64,000 nucleotides of DNA, taken from contig CAWGFY010000007.1 in the NCBI GenBank assembly GCA_963821965.1, positions 210,887-274,886 on the forward strand, in the 5' to 3' direction. The stretch's first letter is position 1. Each line of letters starts with the position of its first letter. Below, piece after piece: positions 1-10,970 of this stretch. The notes under the pieces are model-generated. The model did no database searches. It saw nothing but the letters and a program-made list of their open reading frames with translations, and was not told the origin of the DNA. Position numbers and translations under genes: made by a program. Source of the stretch: an uncultured Alphaproteobacteria bacterium. GTDB lineage: Bacteria > Pseudomonadota > Alphaproteobacteria > Rhizobiales > Xanthobacteraceae.

Positions 1-1749
1 CCGCGATGCCGGACGCGTTCAAGGAGCTGACGCGGATCTACACGATGCTCGAGAAGCATTACCGCGACATGCAGGACATGGAGTTCACGGTCGAGCGCGG
101 CAAATTGTGGATGCTGCAGACCCGCGGCGGCAAGCGCACCGCCAAGGCGGCGCTGCAGATCGCGGTCGAGCTCGCCAATGAAGGCCTGATCACGCAAGAA
201 GGAAGCGGTGTCGCGCATCGATCCCGCCTCGCTCGACCAGCTGCTGCATCCGACCATCGATCCCGACGCCAAGCGCGACGTGATCGCGACCGGCCTGCCG
301 GCTTCGCCCGGTGCCGCCTCGGGCGAGATCGTGTTCTCGTCCGACGAAGCCGCCAAGCTGCAGGCCGACGGACGCAAGGTCATTCTGGTCCGCATCGAGA
401 CCTCGCCGGAAGACATCCACGGCATGCACGCCGCCGAAGGCATTTTGACCACGCGCGGCGGCATGACCTCGCACGCCGCCGTGGTCGCGCGCGGCATGGG
501 CAAGCCCTGCGTCTCCGGCTGCGGCACCATCCGCGTCGATTACGGCCGCGGCACCATGAGCATCGGCTCGCGCACCTTCAAGACCGGCGACGTCATCACC
601 ATCGACGGCTCGCTCGGCCAGGTGCTGGCCGGCCGCATGCCGATGATCGAGCCGGAAATGTCGGGCGAGTTCGGCACGCTGATGGGCTGGGCCGACCAGG
701 TCCGCAAGATCGGCGTGCGCGTCAACGCCGATACGCCCGAGGATGCGCGCACCGCGATCAAGTTCGGCGCCGAGGGCATCGGCCTTTGCCGCACCGAGCA
801 CATGTTCTTCGAGGAGACCCGCATCCGCACCGTGCGCGAGATGATCCTCTCCGAGGACGAGCAGTCCCGCCGCGCCGCGCTGTCGAAACTGCTGCCGATG
901 CAGCGCGCGGACTTCGTCGAGCTGTTCGAGATCATGAAGGGCCTGCCGGTGACGATCCGGCTGCTCGATCCGCCGCTGCACGAGTTCCTGCCGCACACCC
1001 ATGCCGAGATCGAGGAAGTCGCGCGCGCGATGAACACCGATCCGCGGCGGCTCGCCGATCGCGCCCGCGAGCTCGCCGAGTTCAACCCGATGCTCGGCTT
1101 CCGCGGCTGCCGCATCGCGATCGCCTATCCGGAGATCGCCGAGATGCAGGCGCGCGCGATCTTCGAGGCCGCGGTCGAAGCGCAGAAGCGCACCGGCAAG
1201 GCCGTCGGCCTCGAGGTGATGGTGCCGCTGATCGCGACCAAGGCCGAGCTCGATCTGGTCAAGGCGCGGATCGACGCCATCGCGCAGGCGGTGATGAAGG
1301 AGACCGGCACCAAGCTCGCCTATCAGGTCGGCACCATGATCGAGCTGCCGCGCGCCTGCCTGCTGGCCGGCGAGGTGGCCAAGAGCGCCGAGTTCTTCTC
1401 CTTCGGCACCAACGACCTGACGCAGACCACCTACGGCATCAGCCGCGACGATGCCGCGAGCTTCCTCGGCGCCTACGTCACCAAGGGCATTCTCGAGATC
1501 GATCCGTTCGTCTCGCTCGACCAGGAAGGCGTCGGCGAGCTCGTCAAGATCGGCGTGCAGCGCGGCCGCAAGACGCGGCCGAATCTCAAGGTCGGCATCT
1601 GCGGCGAGCATGGCGGCGATCCCGCCTCCGTCGCGTTCTGCCACGAGATCGGCCTCGACTACGTCTCGTGCTCGCCCTATCGCGTGCCGATCGCGCGTCT
1701 CGCCGCGGCGCAGGCCGCGATCGGCAAGGCGGTCGCGAGCCAGGCGTAA
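1..1749 (+). CDS. ppdK: Pyruvate, phosphate dikinase (5'-truncated by window edge; apparent 1-nt frameshift near 195)
   Basis: DMQDMEFTVERGKLWMLQTR in the first frame, then GGMTSHAAVVARG (phospho-His), GIGLCRTEHMF, FSFGTNDLTQ and GICGEHGGDP in ORF 208..1749. Confidence 0.95.
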
Positions 1750-1757
1750 TACTGCCT

Positions 1758-1900
1758 CGTCATTCCGGGGCGCGCGAAGCGCGAACCCGGAATCCATTTC
1801 CCCCAGCATTCCGGCCGCCCAATCGATTCCGGGCCTGCGCCGGAGCCTGTCATCGGGCCGCGCTTCGCGCGGACCCGTTGCGGCGCATCCCGGAATGACG
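1758..1900. repeat. CGTC-tagged REP-like palindromic element with a nested internal palindrome
   Basis: Terminal inverted repeat CGTCATTCCGGG...CCCGGAATGACG directly after the ppdK stop; internal GCGCGAAGCGCG and CGCGCTTCGCGCG hairpins. Confidence 0.8.
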
Positions 1901-2120
1901 ACGGATGTTGACCGGATATTTACCACTTCCATCGACGCGCCATTTACCAAGGCTTTCGAAGCCGTTAACGCCAAAACACCCGCGATCGCTTGCCTGTGTC
2001 GCGCGCGCCACGCCGATTAACGCCCCGGCAACCTAAATTGGATAACACCAGAAAAGATCGAATTGCACGGATGTACTGCGTTCGACCTTTTTGACGTGTG
2101 TAGCGTTGCGTGAGCGTATC

Positions 2121-3573
2121 ATGTCAGACGTGCGTAAGAAGCCGAGGGGCGTGCGTTTCGCGTCCTTCGGTTTCGTGCTCTGCATCTTCGCCTTGATGCC
2201 GAACGAGACCGGCTATCAGGACATCGCCTCGCTGCTTGCGCGCCAGCCCGGCGTCGCCGAACGCTGGCAGAAGCGCGTGTTCACGCCGCCGCCACCATCC
2301 AGCTCGCGACCTACAGTTTCGGCCGTCCGATCGGCACGTCCGCGCCGGAGAGCGCGAGCTATCGGCTCGCCAGTCTCGATGCGCACGATCTCGACGACAT
2401 CACCGGCTCGCTGCCGCGCAATTCGGTGCTGCAGGCGCCGCCGCGTTACCAGGCCTCCGATTTCCCCAAGGTCGATCGCACGCTGAAGGGCGACCGTCTT
2501 GTCGTCGCGCCGCCGCCCGCGATCGAGCCCGAGACCGGTCGTCCCGACGAACGCGCCGGCGACGCTGGAAGATCCCGCGGCCTCCAATGCTCCGTGATGG
2601 GCGCGAAGACCGCGCCGCCCGCTTCCGAGCGGCCGCCGCTCGATCCGGAATTGCAGGCTGCGCTGCAGCGCAGCCACCGCTGCCGCAATACGATATTTCG
2701 CTGTCGCTGGAATCGCGGCCGCTGGACGATCTCAAGACGCAGCCCGAGACGCGTTCGGCACGATCGCGCCGGCGCCGCCGCGCGACGGCTTCAACGTCAA
2801 GACCTCGAGCCTGTTCTTCGGCAACTCCTCGCTCGGCGGCTCGCTCGAGAGCATCGAACGCTGGCAGCCCGGCGAGGAGCCGATCGTCATGTCGCCCGAT
2901 CCCGACATGAAGGTGATGGCGTCGCTGCCGCCGGCTGGCGATAGCGCGAGGGAGACCGAAAGCGGCGAGAGCATCGCGCCGAAGGGCGAGGTCAACGCCG
3001 ACAATCAGCGCACGAAGACGCCGGCCGAGCGGCTCGGCCGTTCAACGCGAACGAGCGCGGCAAGCAGGAGAAGTGCCTCGCCGAGGTCGTGTATTTCGAG
3101 GCGCGCGGCGAAGCCGTGCGCGGCCAGATCGCGGTGGCGCAGGTGGTGATGAACCGCGCCTTCTCCGGCAACTATCCGAACACGGTGTGCGGCGTGGTCT
3201 ACCAGAACAAGCACCGCCACTTCGCCTGCCAGTTCACCTTCGCCTGCGACAGCAGCCCGACGTGATCCGCGAGCCCGACATGTGGGAGCGCGCGCAGAAG
3301 ATCGCGAAGGCGATGCTCGACGGCCAGATCTGGCTGCCCGAAGTCGGCAAGTCGACGCACTACCACGCCTATTATGTGCATCCGTCCTGGGTCACCGAGA
3401 TGAAGAAGCTCTACAAGTTCGGCGTGCACACGTTCTACCGGCCGAAGACGTGGGGCGACGGCAGCGATGCGCCGAGCTGGGGCACGCCGGCGCAGACCGC
3501 GGCGTTGTCGGAGCAGCTCGCGGCGGAAGCCAAGAGCGAAGCCGAGATGTATCCGAATTCGGTGCGGCGGTAG
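2121..3573 (+). CDS. Cell wall hydrolase (SleB/Hydrolase_2 family), broken by several apparent indels
   Basis: N-terminal TM and [14 protein letters not shown]; reconstructed C-terminal [46 protein letters not shown] and GVHTFY spread over different frames. Confidence 0.85.
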
Positions 3574-3574
3574 C

Positions 3575-4450
3575 TTAGACTTCGATATCCAGCGCGACGT
3601 CGAAATTCGGCGCGGAATGCGTCAGCGCGCCGGACGAGGCATAGTCGACGCCGGTCGCGGCGATCCTGGCGATCGAGCTCTGCGTGACACCGCCGGACGC
3701 CTCCAGCACGACGCGGCCCTGCGCGAGCTTCACCGCCTCGGTCAGCGTCGGGATATCCATGTTGTCGAGCAGCACGACATCGGCCAAGCCCGTGTCGAGC
3801 ACCTCGCGCAGCTGCTCGAGCGTATCGACCTCGATCTCGATCTTGACGAGATGACCGGCCGAGCTGCGGGCGCGCTCCAGCACGGGGCGGACGCCGCCGG
3901 CGACCGCGATGTGGTTGTCCTTGATCAGGATGGCATCGTCGAGCCCGAAGCGGTGGTTGAAGCCGCCGCCGCACCGGATCGCGTATTTCTCCAGCGCACG
4001 CAGCCCCGGCGTGGTCTTGCGCGTGCAGCAGATGCGCAGCTTCGTGCCGGCGGTGTGGCGGACATAGTCGGCAGTGAGCGTCGCGATGCCGGAGAGGCGG
4101 CCGACGAAATTGAGCGCGGTGCGCTCGCCCGCGAGCACGGCGCGCGCGGGCCCGTTGATGGTCAGCACATGCAGCCCTTTTGCGACGACGGCGCCATCGC
4201 GCACATGCGCCTCGATCCGGATGTCGGGCGAGAGTTTCTGGAATGTCGCGACCGCGAGCGGCAGGCCCGCGATCACGCCGGCCTGGCGCGCGACCATGAT
4301 CGCGCGCGCAGGCGTGTCTTCAGGGATCGTCGCAATCGAGGTGATGTCGCCGGCGCGGCCGAGATCCTCGTCGAGCGCGCGGTGGACGGCCTCGTCGATC
4401 GCAAGCGGCGACAGGAACGCTTCGGGATGCAACAGCGAGGCGGGGGTCAT
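3575..4450 (-). CDS. nadC: Nicotinate-nucleotide pyrophosphorylase (carboxylating)
   Basis: [36 protein letters not shown] motifs. Confidence 0.96.
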   Translation of the reverse strand: MTPASLLHPEAFLSPLAIDEAVHRALDEDLGRAGDITSIATIPEDTPARAIMVARQAGVIAGLPLAVATFQKLSPDIRIEAHVRDGAVVAKGLHVLTINGPARAVLAGERTALNFVGRLSGIATLTADYVRHTAGTKLRICCTRKTTPGLRALEKYAIRCGGGFNHRFGLDDAILIKDNHIAVAGGVRPVLERARSSAGHLVKIEIEVDTLEQLREVLDTGLADVVLLDNMDIPTLTEAVKLAQGRVVLEASGGVTQSSIARIAATGVDYASSGALTHSAPNFDVALDIEV

Positions 4451-4451
4451 G

Positions 4452-6056
4452 TCAGGCGATCATTGCCTGCGCGGTGCGCGGCTCATGCGCACCAAGCCTT
4501 TCCGCGATCTCGCGCGCCTCGGCCAGCGTCGTCATGGTGCGATGAGCGGAAGCAGCAGCCTCGTTCGGATAGTCGGAGCGGTAATGCGCGCCGCGGCTTT
4601 CGCGTCGCGACCAGGCGGAGGCGGCAACCAGCAGCGCCGTCGTCGCCATGTTGCGCAGCGCGATGTTGCCGGTGTCGCGTTCGATCGCGGCAAAGGCGCG
4701 CACGGCGTCCTCCAGGCTTTCGCCGTCCCTGATCACGCCGACATGGGACGTCATCATCGCGCGCAGGTTCTTTTCGGCGAGCACGGGGAGGGCACAGTTG
4801 CGCGGCACCACCAGCACGGGCGGCAGGCTCACCGGCGCCTCGATCTGCTGCCCCGCGATGTCCTCGGCGATGCGCGCGGCGTAGACCACGGCCTCCAGCA
4901 GCGAGTTCGAGGCGAGGCGGTTGGCGCCATGCGCGCCGGTCGAGGACACTTCGCCGCCGGCCCACAGGCCTTTGAGCGACGTGCGGCCGCGCGCGTCCAC
5001 GGCGATGCCGCCCATGTGGTAATGCGCGGCGGGCGCGACGGGAATCGGCTGTGTCGCCGGATCGATGCCGGCGGCAAGGCAGCTCGCATAGACCGTCGGG
5101 AATTTTTCGGCAAAGCGCGCGCCGAGCGCCTCGCGCGCGTCGAGGAACGCGCCGCGGCCGGCGGCGATTTCCGCGAACACGCCGCGGGCGACGATGTCGC
5201 GCGGGGCGAGCTCGGCCAGCGGATGCCGCGCCTGCATGAAGCGTTCGCCGCTGTCGTTGATCAATGTCGCGCCTTCGCCGCGCAGCGCTTCGGTGGCAAG
5301 CGGCGCCGGATCGCGACCGACCATGATCGCGGTCGGATGGAATTGCACGAATTCGGGATCGGCGATCACGGCGCCGGCGCGCGCGGCGATCGCGAGCCCA
5401 AGGCCGCTGGCTTCGTGCGGATTGGTGGTCACCGCATAGAGATGGCCGATGCCGCCGGTGGCGAGCACCACCGCGCGCGAGGCGATCGTCAACGGCCGCG
5501 CCGTGACGTCGTCCGCCTTGCGCAACTGTAGCCCTGTGACGGCGCCGTCGGCGGTCAGCAGCACCTCGGCGACAAAACCCTCGATGACGCGGATCGACGG
5601 CGTGTTGCGGACAGCTTCGGTCAGCGCCGAGATGATCGCCTTGCCCGCCATGTCGCCGCGGACATGCACGATGCGGCGTGCCGAATGCGCGGCCTCGCGG
5701 CCGACCGCAAGCTTGCCCTCGAGATCGCGGTCGAAGGGGACGCCATAATGCAGGAGGTCGTGGATGCGCGCAGGCGCTTCCTGTGCCAGCGCCAGCGCGA
5801 CGCCCTCGTCGACGATACCGCCGCCGACTGCGATCGTGTCGGCCGCATGCGCCTCCGCGCTGTCGCCTTCAGCGACCGCAGCCGCGATGCCGCCCTGCGC
5901 CCAGGCGCTGGAAGCGCCTTCGCCGAGCGGTGCCGCGGAGATCAGGGTGACCGGACGCGGCGCCAGTTTCAGCGCGCAGAACAACCCGGCAAGCCCGCCG
6001 CCGACGATGACGACATCGTCGGTCCTGCGGGTGAGATCATGGACATTGTTTGACAT
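4452..6056 (-). CDS. nadB: L-aspartate oxidase
   Basis: [56 protein letters not shown]; start set at MSNNVHDL. Confidence 0.95.
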   Translation of the reverse strand: MSNNVHDLTRRTDDVVIVGGGLAGLFCALKLAPRPVTLISAAPLGEGASSAWAQGGIAAAVAEGDSAEAHAADTIAVGGGIVDEGVALALAQEAPARIHDLLHYGVPFDRDLEGKLAVGREAAHSARRIVHVRGDMAGKAIISALTEAVRNTPSIRVIEGFVAEVLLTADGAVTGLQLRKADDVTARPLTIASRAVVLATGGIGHLYAVTTNPHEASGLGLAIAARAGAVIADPEFVQFHPTAIMVGRDPAPLATEALRGEGATLINDSGERFMQARHPLAELAPRDIVARGVFAEIAAGRGAFLDAREALGARFAEKFPTVYASCLAAGIDPATQPIPVAPAAHYHMGGIAVDARGRTSLKGLWAGGEVSSTGAHGANRLASNSLLEAVVYAARIAEDIAGQQIEAPVSLPPVLVVPRNCALPVLAEKNLRAMMTSHVGVIRDGESLEDAVRAFAAIERDTGNIALRNMATTALLVAASAWSRRESRGAHYRSDYPNEAAASAHRTMTTLAEAREIAERLGAHEPRTAQAMIA

Positions 6057-6127
6057 GGCATTTCTCCCACTCGCCGTTCCCGCTGCGAGGCGGGTTCGGC
6101 ATTGATGGTTGTCGCCGGAGCGACGGC

Positions 6128-7238
6128 TCAGTTCTTCAGGTTGATCATCCGCTCGACCGAACGCCGCGCCTTGTCCGCGATCATCGGGTCGACCGTGACT
6201 TCCTCGCGCAGATAGACCAGGCTGTCCAAAATCTTCGGCAGCGTGATCCGCTTCATGTGCGGACAGAGATTGCACGGGCGCACCATCTCGACGTCGGGCA
6301 GCTCGGCCTGCACGTTGTCGGCCATCGAGCATTCGGTGATCATCACGACGCGCTTGCTCTGGTTCTTGCGCACCCAGTTGATCATGTGCGCGGTCGAGCC
6401 GGTGAAATCGGCTTCCGCCAGCACGTCGGGCGGGCATTCCGGATGCGCGATGATCTGCACCGACGGATCGGCTTCGCGATACGCGCGCAGTTCGTCGCCG
6501 GTGAAGCGCTCATGCACCTCGCAGGCGCCCTTCCAGGCGATGATCTTCACATCCGGTCTTCGACGCCACGTATTTCGCCAGATACTGATCGGGCAGGAAG
6601 ATCACGGTCGGCGCATTCAGGCTCTCGACCACAGCGACCGCATTCGACGAGGTGCAGCAGATGTCGACCTCCGCCTTCACGTCCGCGGATGTGTTGACAT
6701 AGGCGACCACGGGCACGCCCGGAAAACGTTCGCGCAACAGCCGCACGTCGTCGCCGGTGATGCTGGAAGCCAGCGAGCAGCCGGCGCGCGAATCCGGGAT
6801 CAGCACGGTCTTGTGCGGATTGAGGATCTTCGATGTCTCCGCCATGAAGTGCACGCCGCATTGAACGATCGTGCTTTGCTTCACCTTGGTCGCCTCGATG
6901 GCGAGCTGCAGCGAGTCGCCGACGATGTCGGCGACGCAATGGAAGATTTCCGGCGTCTGGTAATTGTGCGCGAGGATCACGGCGTCGCGCGTGGCCTTCA
7001 GTTCGTTGATGGCCTTGATGTAGGGCGCCATGAACGGCCATTCGACCGGCGTGATGACGTTCTTGACGCGCTCGTAGAGATGCGCGGTGTCGCGCTCGAC
7101 CTCGGGCGTCCATTCCAGCGAGGGCATCGGAACCGCGCGGCCGCGCTCGGCCGGGCTGATGGGGCGACGCATAGCCGCCGGATAGGCGCGGCCGGACCTT
7201 GCGAAATCATCGGGACCGTAGATTCCAGCGATCGGCAT
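6128..7238 (-). CDS. nadA: Quinolinate synthase (apparent 1-nt frameshift near 6553)
   Basis: [27 protein letters not shown] in 6510..7238; GACEVHE, AHPEC, CPHMK in 6128..6550. Confidence 0.93.
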
Positions 7239-7271
7239 GGATGCCTCCCTTCGCAGTTCTTTCTCATCTCT

Positions 7272-7292
7272 ATATACTCAATTTGAGTATAT
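7272..7292. promoter_or_regulatory. NadQ operator upstream of nadABC
   Basis: Perfect 21-bp palindrome ATATACTCA-ATT-TGAGTATAT ~33 bp upstream of the nadA start; fits the known NadQ box TTATRCTC-N5-GAGYATAA. Confidence 0.85.
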
Positions 7293-7401
7293 CTAGGGTC
7301 TGAGAAATCCGGCCGCAATGGGCCGGCAGATTCCGTTAGGCTGCGCTATGCCGAACCAACCTGCAGCGTGCGAGGGGTCCAGCATGTCCTGAGGAACGTA
7401 C

Positions 7402-7422
7402 TTATCCTCAAAACGAGCAAAT
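7402..7422. promoter_or_regulatory. Second, degenerate NadQ-like box
   Basis: TTATCCTCA-AAA-CGAGCAAAT has the same spacing as the first box with several mismatches. Confidence 0.5.
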
Positions 7423-7615
7423 CAAATATAACACGGCTTCTGAGCCTCCGCCAGAGGGCGCGAAAATTAAATCGACAAGCCTACATTCCCTGATTTGCAA
7501 CGCTGCATTGCGAAAGCTGCCTCCGGAGTCCGTTGGGATTTCCATGCGGATGCATTAACTCTCCGTAACAAACAACGCGGCTGGCATCGCGGGGCTCGCG
7601 AACAGAAAATGGGGA

Positions 7616-8881
7616 ATGCAAATGTCGGCCACTGCAGGCGACCTTCGTCCGGCCTCCTCGCTCACGGGCTGGCGCACGCCGCTCGTGATCATCGTCTGTG
7701 GTTGCGCAATCGGTCTGCTCAGCTTTGGCCCGCGCTCCAGCCTCGGCTTCTTCATTCAGCCGATGAGCCGCGAGTTCTCCTGGGGCCGCGACGTGTTCGG
7801 ACTCGCGCTCGCCGTGCAGAACCTGCTGTGGGGCCTCGGCCAGCCTTTTGCCGGCGCGATCGCCGATCGCTTCGGCATCGTGCGCGTGATGTTCGTCGGC
7901 GCGCTGCTTTATGCCGCGGGGTTGCTGATGATGCGTTACGCCACGACGCCGCTGTCGCTCGATCTCGGCGCGGGCGTCCTGATCGGCTTCGGCCTGTCCG
8001 GCTGCTCGTTCAATCTCGTGCTGTCGGCTTTCTCAAAGCTGTTGCCGCCGGAACGTCGCGGACTGGCGCTCGGCGCCGGCACCGCCGCCGGATCGTTCGG
8101 CCAATTCCTGTTCGCACCGACCGGCGTCGCATTGCTCGGCACCATCGGCTGGCAGAGCACGCTGATGGTGTTCGCTGGCCTCATGCTGCTGATCATGCCG
8201 CTGTCGCTCGCGCTCTCGACGCCACCCGCGGCCTCGATCAATGTGCCGGCCGCGGACCAGCAATCGTTCAAGACCGCTCTGGCGGAGGCCTTCGGCCATC
8301 GCTCCTATGTGCTGCTGGTGCTCGGCTTCTTCACCTGCGGCTTCCAGCTCGCCTTCATCACCGTGCATCTGCCGGCCTATCTGGTCGATCGCGGCATCAC
8401 CGCGCAGACCGGCGGCTGGGTCATCGCGGCCATCGGTCTCTTCAACATCATCGGTTCGCTCAGCGTCGGCTGGCTGCAGAACCGCATGCCCAAGCGCTAC
8501 ATCCTCTCCACCATCTATTTGATCCGCGCGGTCTCGATCATCGCCTTCATCTCCCTTCCGGTCACGCCGGCCTCTGCGATCCTATTCGGCGCCGTCAGCG
8601 GACTGACCTGGCTCTCGACGGTGCCACCGACGTCGGGGCTGATCGCGCTGATGTTCGGCACGCGCTGGTTTGCGACCCTCTATGGCTTCGCTTTTGTCAG
8701 CCACCAGGTCGGCGGCTTCCTCGGGGTCTGGCTCGGCGGCATCGTGTTCGAGAACTTCGGGTCCTATACGCCGATCTGGTGGCTGTCGGTGCTGTTCGGC
8801 GTGCTCTCGGCGCTGGTCAATCTGCCGATCGTCGAAAAGCCCGTCGCGCGCGCAGTGCCGGTGGTTGCGCAGCCTGCTTGA
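7616..8881 (+). CDS. MFS transporter
   Basis: About 12 hydrophobic segments; GAIADRFG motif A. Confidence 0.9.
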   Translation: MQMSATAGDLRPASSLTGWRTPLVIIVCGCAIGLLSFGPRSSLGFFIQPMSREFSWGRDVFGLALAVQNLLWGLGQPFAGAIADRFGIVRVMFVGALLYAAGLLMMRYATTPLSLDLGAGVLIGFGLSGCSFNLVLSAFSKLLPPERRGLALGAGTAAGSFGQFLFAPTGVALLGTIGWQSTLMVFAGLMLLIMPLSLALSTPPAASINVPAADQQSFKTALAEAFGHRSYVLLVLGFFTCGFQLAFITVHLPAYLVDRGITAQTGGWVIAAIGLFNIIGSLSVGWLQNRMPKRYILSTIYLIRAVSIIAFISLPVTPASAILFGAVSGLTWLSTVPPTSGLIALMFGTRWFATLYGFAFVSHQVGGFLGVWLGGIVFENFGSYTPIWWLSVLFGVLSALVNLPIVEKPVARAVPVVAQPA

Positions 8882-8923
8882 TCGGTTAAACATCCTTGAA
8901 ACCAAATCTTCAGGGAGCGCGCC

Positions 8924-9910
8924 GTGGCAACCTTCAAGGCGATCAGGATCGACAAGGCGGAGAAGGGCACCACTGCGGCGCTCACGCAATTCGACGAAGC
9001 GGAATTGATGGATGGCGACGTCACCGTCCGCGTCGAGTGGTCGACCGTCAATTACAAGGATGGCCTCGCCGTCACCGGCAAGGCGCCGGTAGTGCGGCGT
9101 TTCCCGATGATCGCCGGCATCGATTTCGCAGGCACGGTCGAGCAATCCTCGCATCCCCAATGGAAGGCCGGGGACAAGGTGATCTCTACCGGCTGGGGTC
9201 TGGGCGAGACGCATCTCGGCGCCTATGCCGAGAAGGCGCGCGTGAAAGGCGACTGGCTGGTCCGCCTGCCCGACGGCCTGTCGGCGCGCGAGGCGATGGC
9301 GATCGGCACCGCCGGCTTCACCGCCATGCTCGCGATCCTCGCGCTGGAGAAGCACGGCGTGACGCCTGCGAGCGGTCCCGTGGTGGTCACGGGCGCCGCG
9401 GGCGGCGTCGGCTCGGTCGCGACCGCCGTGCTCGGCAAGCTCGGCTATCACGTCATCGCCTCCACCGGGCGAATGTCGGAAGCGCCTTACCTGAAAAGCC
9501 TCGGTGCGGCCGAGGTGATCGATCGCAACGAACTCTCGGCTCCTCCCAAGGCGCTCGCCAAGGAGCGCTGGGCCGGCGGCGTCGACAGCGTCGGCTCGAC
9601 GACGCTCGCCAATCTTCTGTCCATGACGAAATATGGCGGGGCGATCGCGGCGTGTGGACTGGCCGCCGGCATGGACCTGCCGTCCTCGGTGGCGCCGTTT
9701 ATTTTGCGGGGAGTGTGCCTTCTCGGCATCGACTCCGTGATGTGCCCGCTTCCGCCGCGCAAGTCGGCTTGGGAGCGTCTGGCCCGTGATTTAGACAGGA
9801 CGAAACTATCTGAAATTACTCACGAAATTTCGCTCGACCAGGTCATCGCCACCGGCCCCAAAATCCTCGGTGGCCAAGTGCGCGGTCGAATCGTGGTAAA
9901 AATTCCCTAA
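8924..9910 (+). CDS. acuI: Acryloyl-CoA reductase / YhdH-type MDR oxidoreductase
   Basis: [45 protein letters not shown]. Confidence 0.85.
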   Translation: MATFKAIRIDKAEKGTTAALTQFDEAELMDGDVTVRVEWSTVNYKDGLAVTGKAPVVRRFPMIAGIDFAGTVEQSSHPQWKAGDKVISTGWGLGETHLGAYAEKARVKGDWLVRLPDGLSAREAMAIGTAGFTAMLAILALEKHGVTPASGPVVVTGAAGGVGSVATAVLGKLGYHVIASTGRMSEAPYLKSLGAAEVIDRNELSAPPKALAKERWAGGVDSVGSTTLANLLSMTKYGGAIAACGLAAGMDLPSSVAPFILRGVCLLGIDSVMCPLPPRKSAWERLARDLDRTKLSEITHEISLDQVIATGPKILGGQVRGRIVVKIP

Positions 9911-10021
9911 TGATGTTCAGACTTTGCCAACGTTCCTGCTCCAATGTTGCCACGGTTGGTATGGTAAGCAGCGGGTAAAGACAGGCGTCACCCGCGGCTT
10001 GGGTAAAGTCGGAGTTTGGAA

Positions 10022-10618
10022 ATGCTTGCGCGTTTGGTTTTGGGGACCGTGACGGCCGGGGCGATCATTACACCGGCACTGGCGGGGATGATGTCGGCAG
10101 AAGAAGCGCGCAGGTTCGTCGCCGGCAAGGTGTTCGCCTTCACCTGCTTCGACGGCACCCGCGGCGCGGGCCGTATTCTCGACGACATGGGCGCGGCCGG
10201 CGCGGTGCAGTTCTCCGGCTCCGGCCCGATCAAACGCATCCGCCTTCCCGGCAATACGCTTCATATCCGCGGTCAGGCGGTCTGCGCCTCGCTGCGCGGC
10301 TTGCCGTTCGAGCCCTGCTTCAATCTCGACAAGAAGGACGATCGCAGTTTCCGCGGCTCCGTGTCGGGCATGGGCTTTGCCTATTGCGATTTCCATCATC
10401 AAGGCGGCGGCCAACAGATGCTGATGGCGCGCGCTGTGGCGCGGCCACGGGCGCTGCACCGCTCCGAAGTGACCGGCTCGACCGATACTCCGCACAACGA
10501 GGTCACCGCGCGGGTCGAGACACCCGCGGTCGAAAGCAACAAGATCGAGCCGGTGAAATCCGAACCGGCGCCGGCAAGGACCGAGAGCGCGCCGGAGCTT
10601 CGCCACTCGACCGAGTGA
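10022..10618 (+). CDS. Hypothetical secreted protein (Cys-containing N-domain, Pro/Glu-rich tail)
   Basis: Signal-peptide-like N-terminus, GGAG RBS, host-like codon usage. Confidence 0.75.
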   Translation: MLARLVLGTVTAGAIITPALAGMMSAEEARRFVAGKVFAFTCFDGTRGAGRILDDMGAAGAVQFSGSGPIKRIRLPGNTLHIRGQAVCASLRGLPFEPCFNLDKKDDRSFRGSVSGMGFAYCDFHHQGGGQQMLMARAVARPRALHRSEVTGSTDTPHNEVTARVETPAVESNKIEPVKSEPAPARTESAPELRHSTE

Positions 10619-10670
10619 CGGAATCACGCGTGATCTCCCCAACGCATCTTTGGGGACGCGCAAAGGTTGC

Positions 10671-10713
10671 TTGTGAAGGGCACCTTCAGTAGCTAAAATT
10701 GCGGTTGAAGGTG
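10671..10713 (+). promoter_or_regulatory. Putative sigma70 promoter with operator-like repeats for the exosortase cassette
   Basis: TTGTGA-N17-TAAAAT (10671-10699); palindrome TGAAGG-GCA-CCTTCA (10674-10688) and a third half-site TGAAGGTG (10706-10713). Confidence 0.5.
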
Positions 10714-10724
10714 GGTCTATCGTC

Positions 10725-10922
10725 ATGACGTTGGTTGGTTCGAGGATTGTAGTCGCAGGCTTAGGCTTGGCATCGGTGCTTCTGCTCGGCATCGAGCCGA
10801 GCTGGGCGGGATTTCCCGTTCCGGCGCCCCTCGTTGGCGTGACCGGGCCGGTTGGGATTGTAGCCGCAGGACTCGCTTATGGCGGCTATTTGCTGTTCAA
10901 GCGCTATCGCAATCGCGGCTAG
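10725..10922 (+). CDS. 65-aa signal peptide + PEP-CTERM-like sorting-signal micro-protein
   Basis: Hydrophobic signal ending PSWA, then GFP-VPAP, TM helix LVGVTGPVGIVAAGLAYGGYLLF and basic tail KRYRNRG; GAAGGTGG RBS-like sequence upstream. Confidence 0.8.
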   Translation: MTLVGSRIVVAGLGLASVLLLGIEPSWAGFPVPAPLVGVTGPVGIVAAGLAYGGYLLFKRYRNRG

Positions 10923-10970
10923 CAGCGGTGCCGGCCCGTGAGCCGGCCAAACTTTTGATCGGGGGGATCA

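Noticed and set aside
190-1974. 594-aa antisense ORF and the Arg-rich continuation of ORF 6..1898
   Set aside because: Shadow frames of ppdK typical of high-GC DNA; only the first ~64 aa of 6..1898 are real PpdK.
6540-6560. Programmed frameshifting in nadA or the other split genes
   Set aside because: No slippery heptamer or stimulatory structure seen, and these families are not known to be recoded; sequencing error is simpler.
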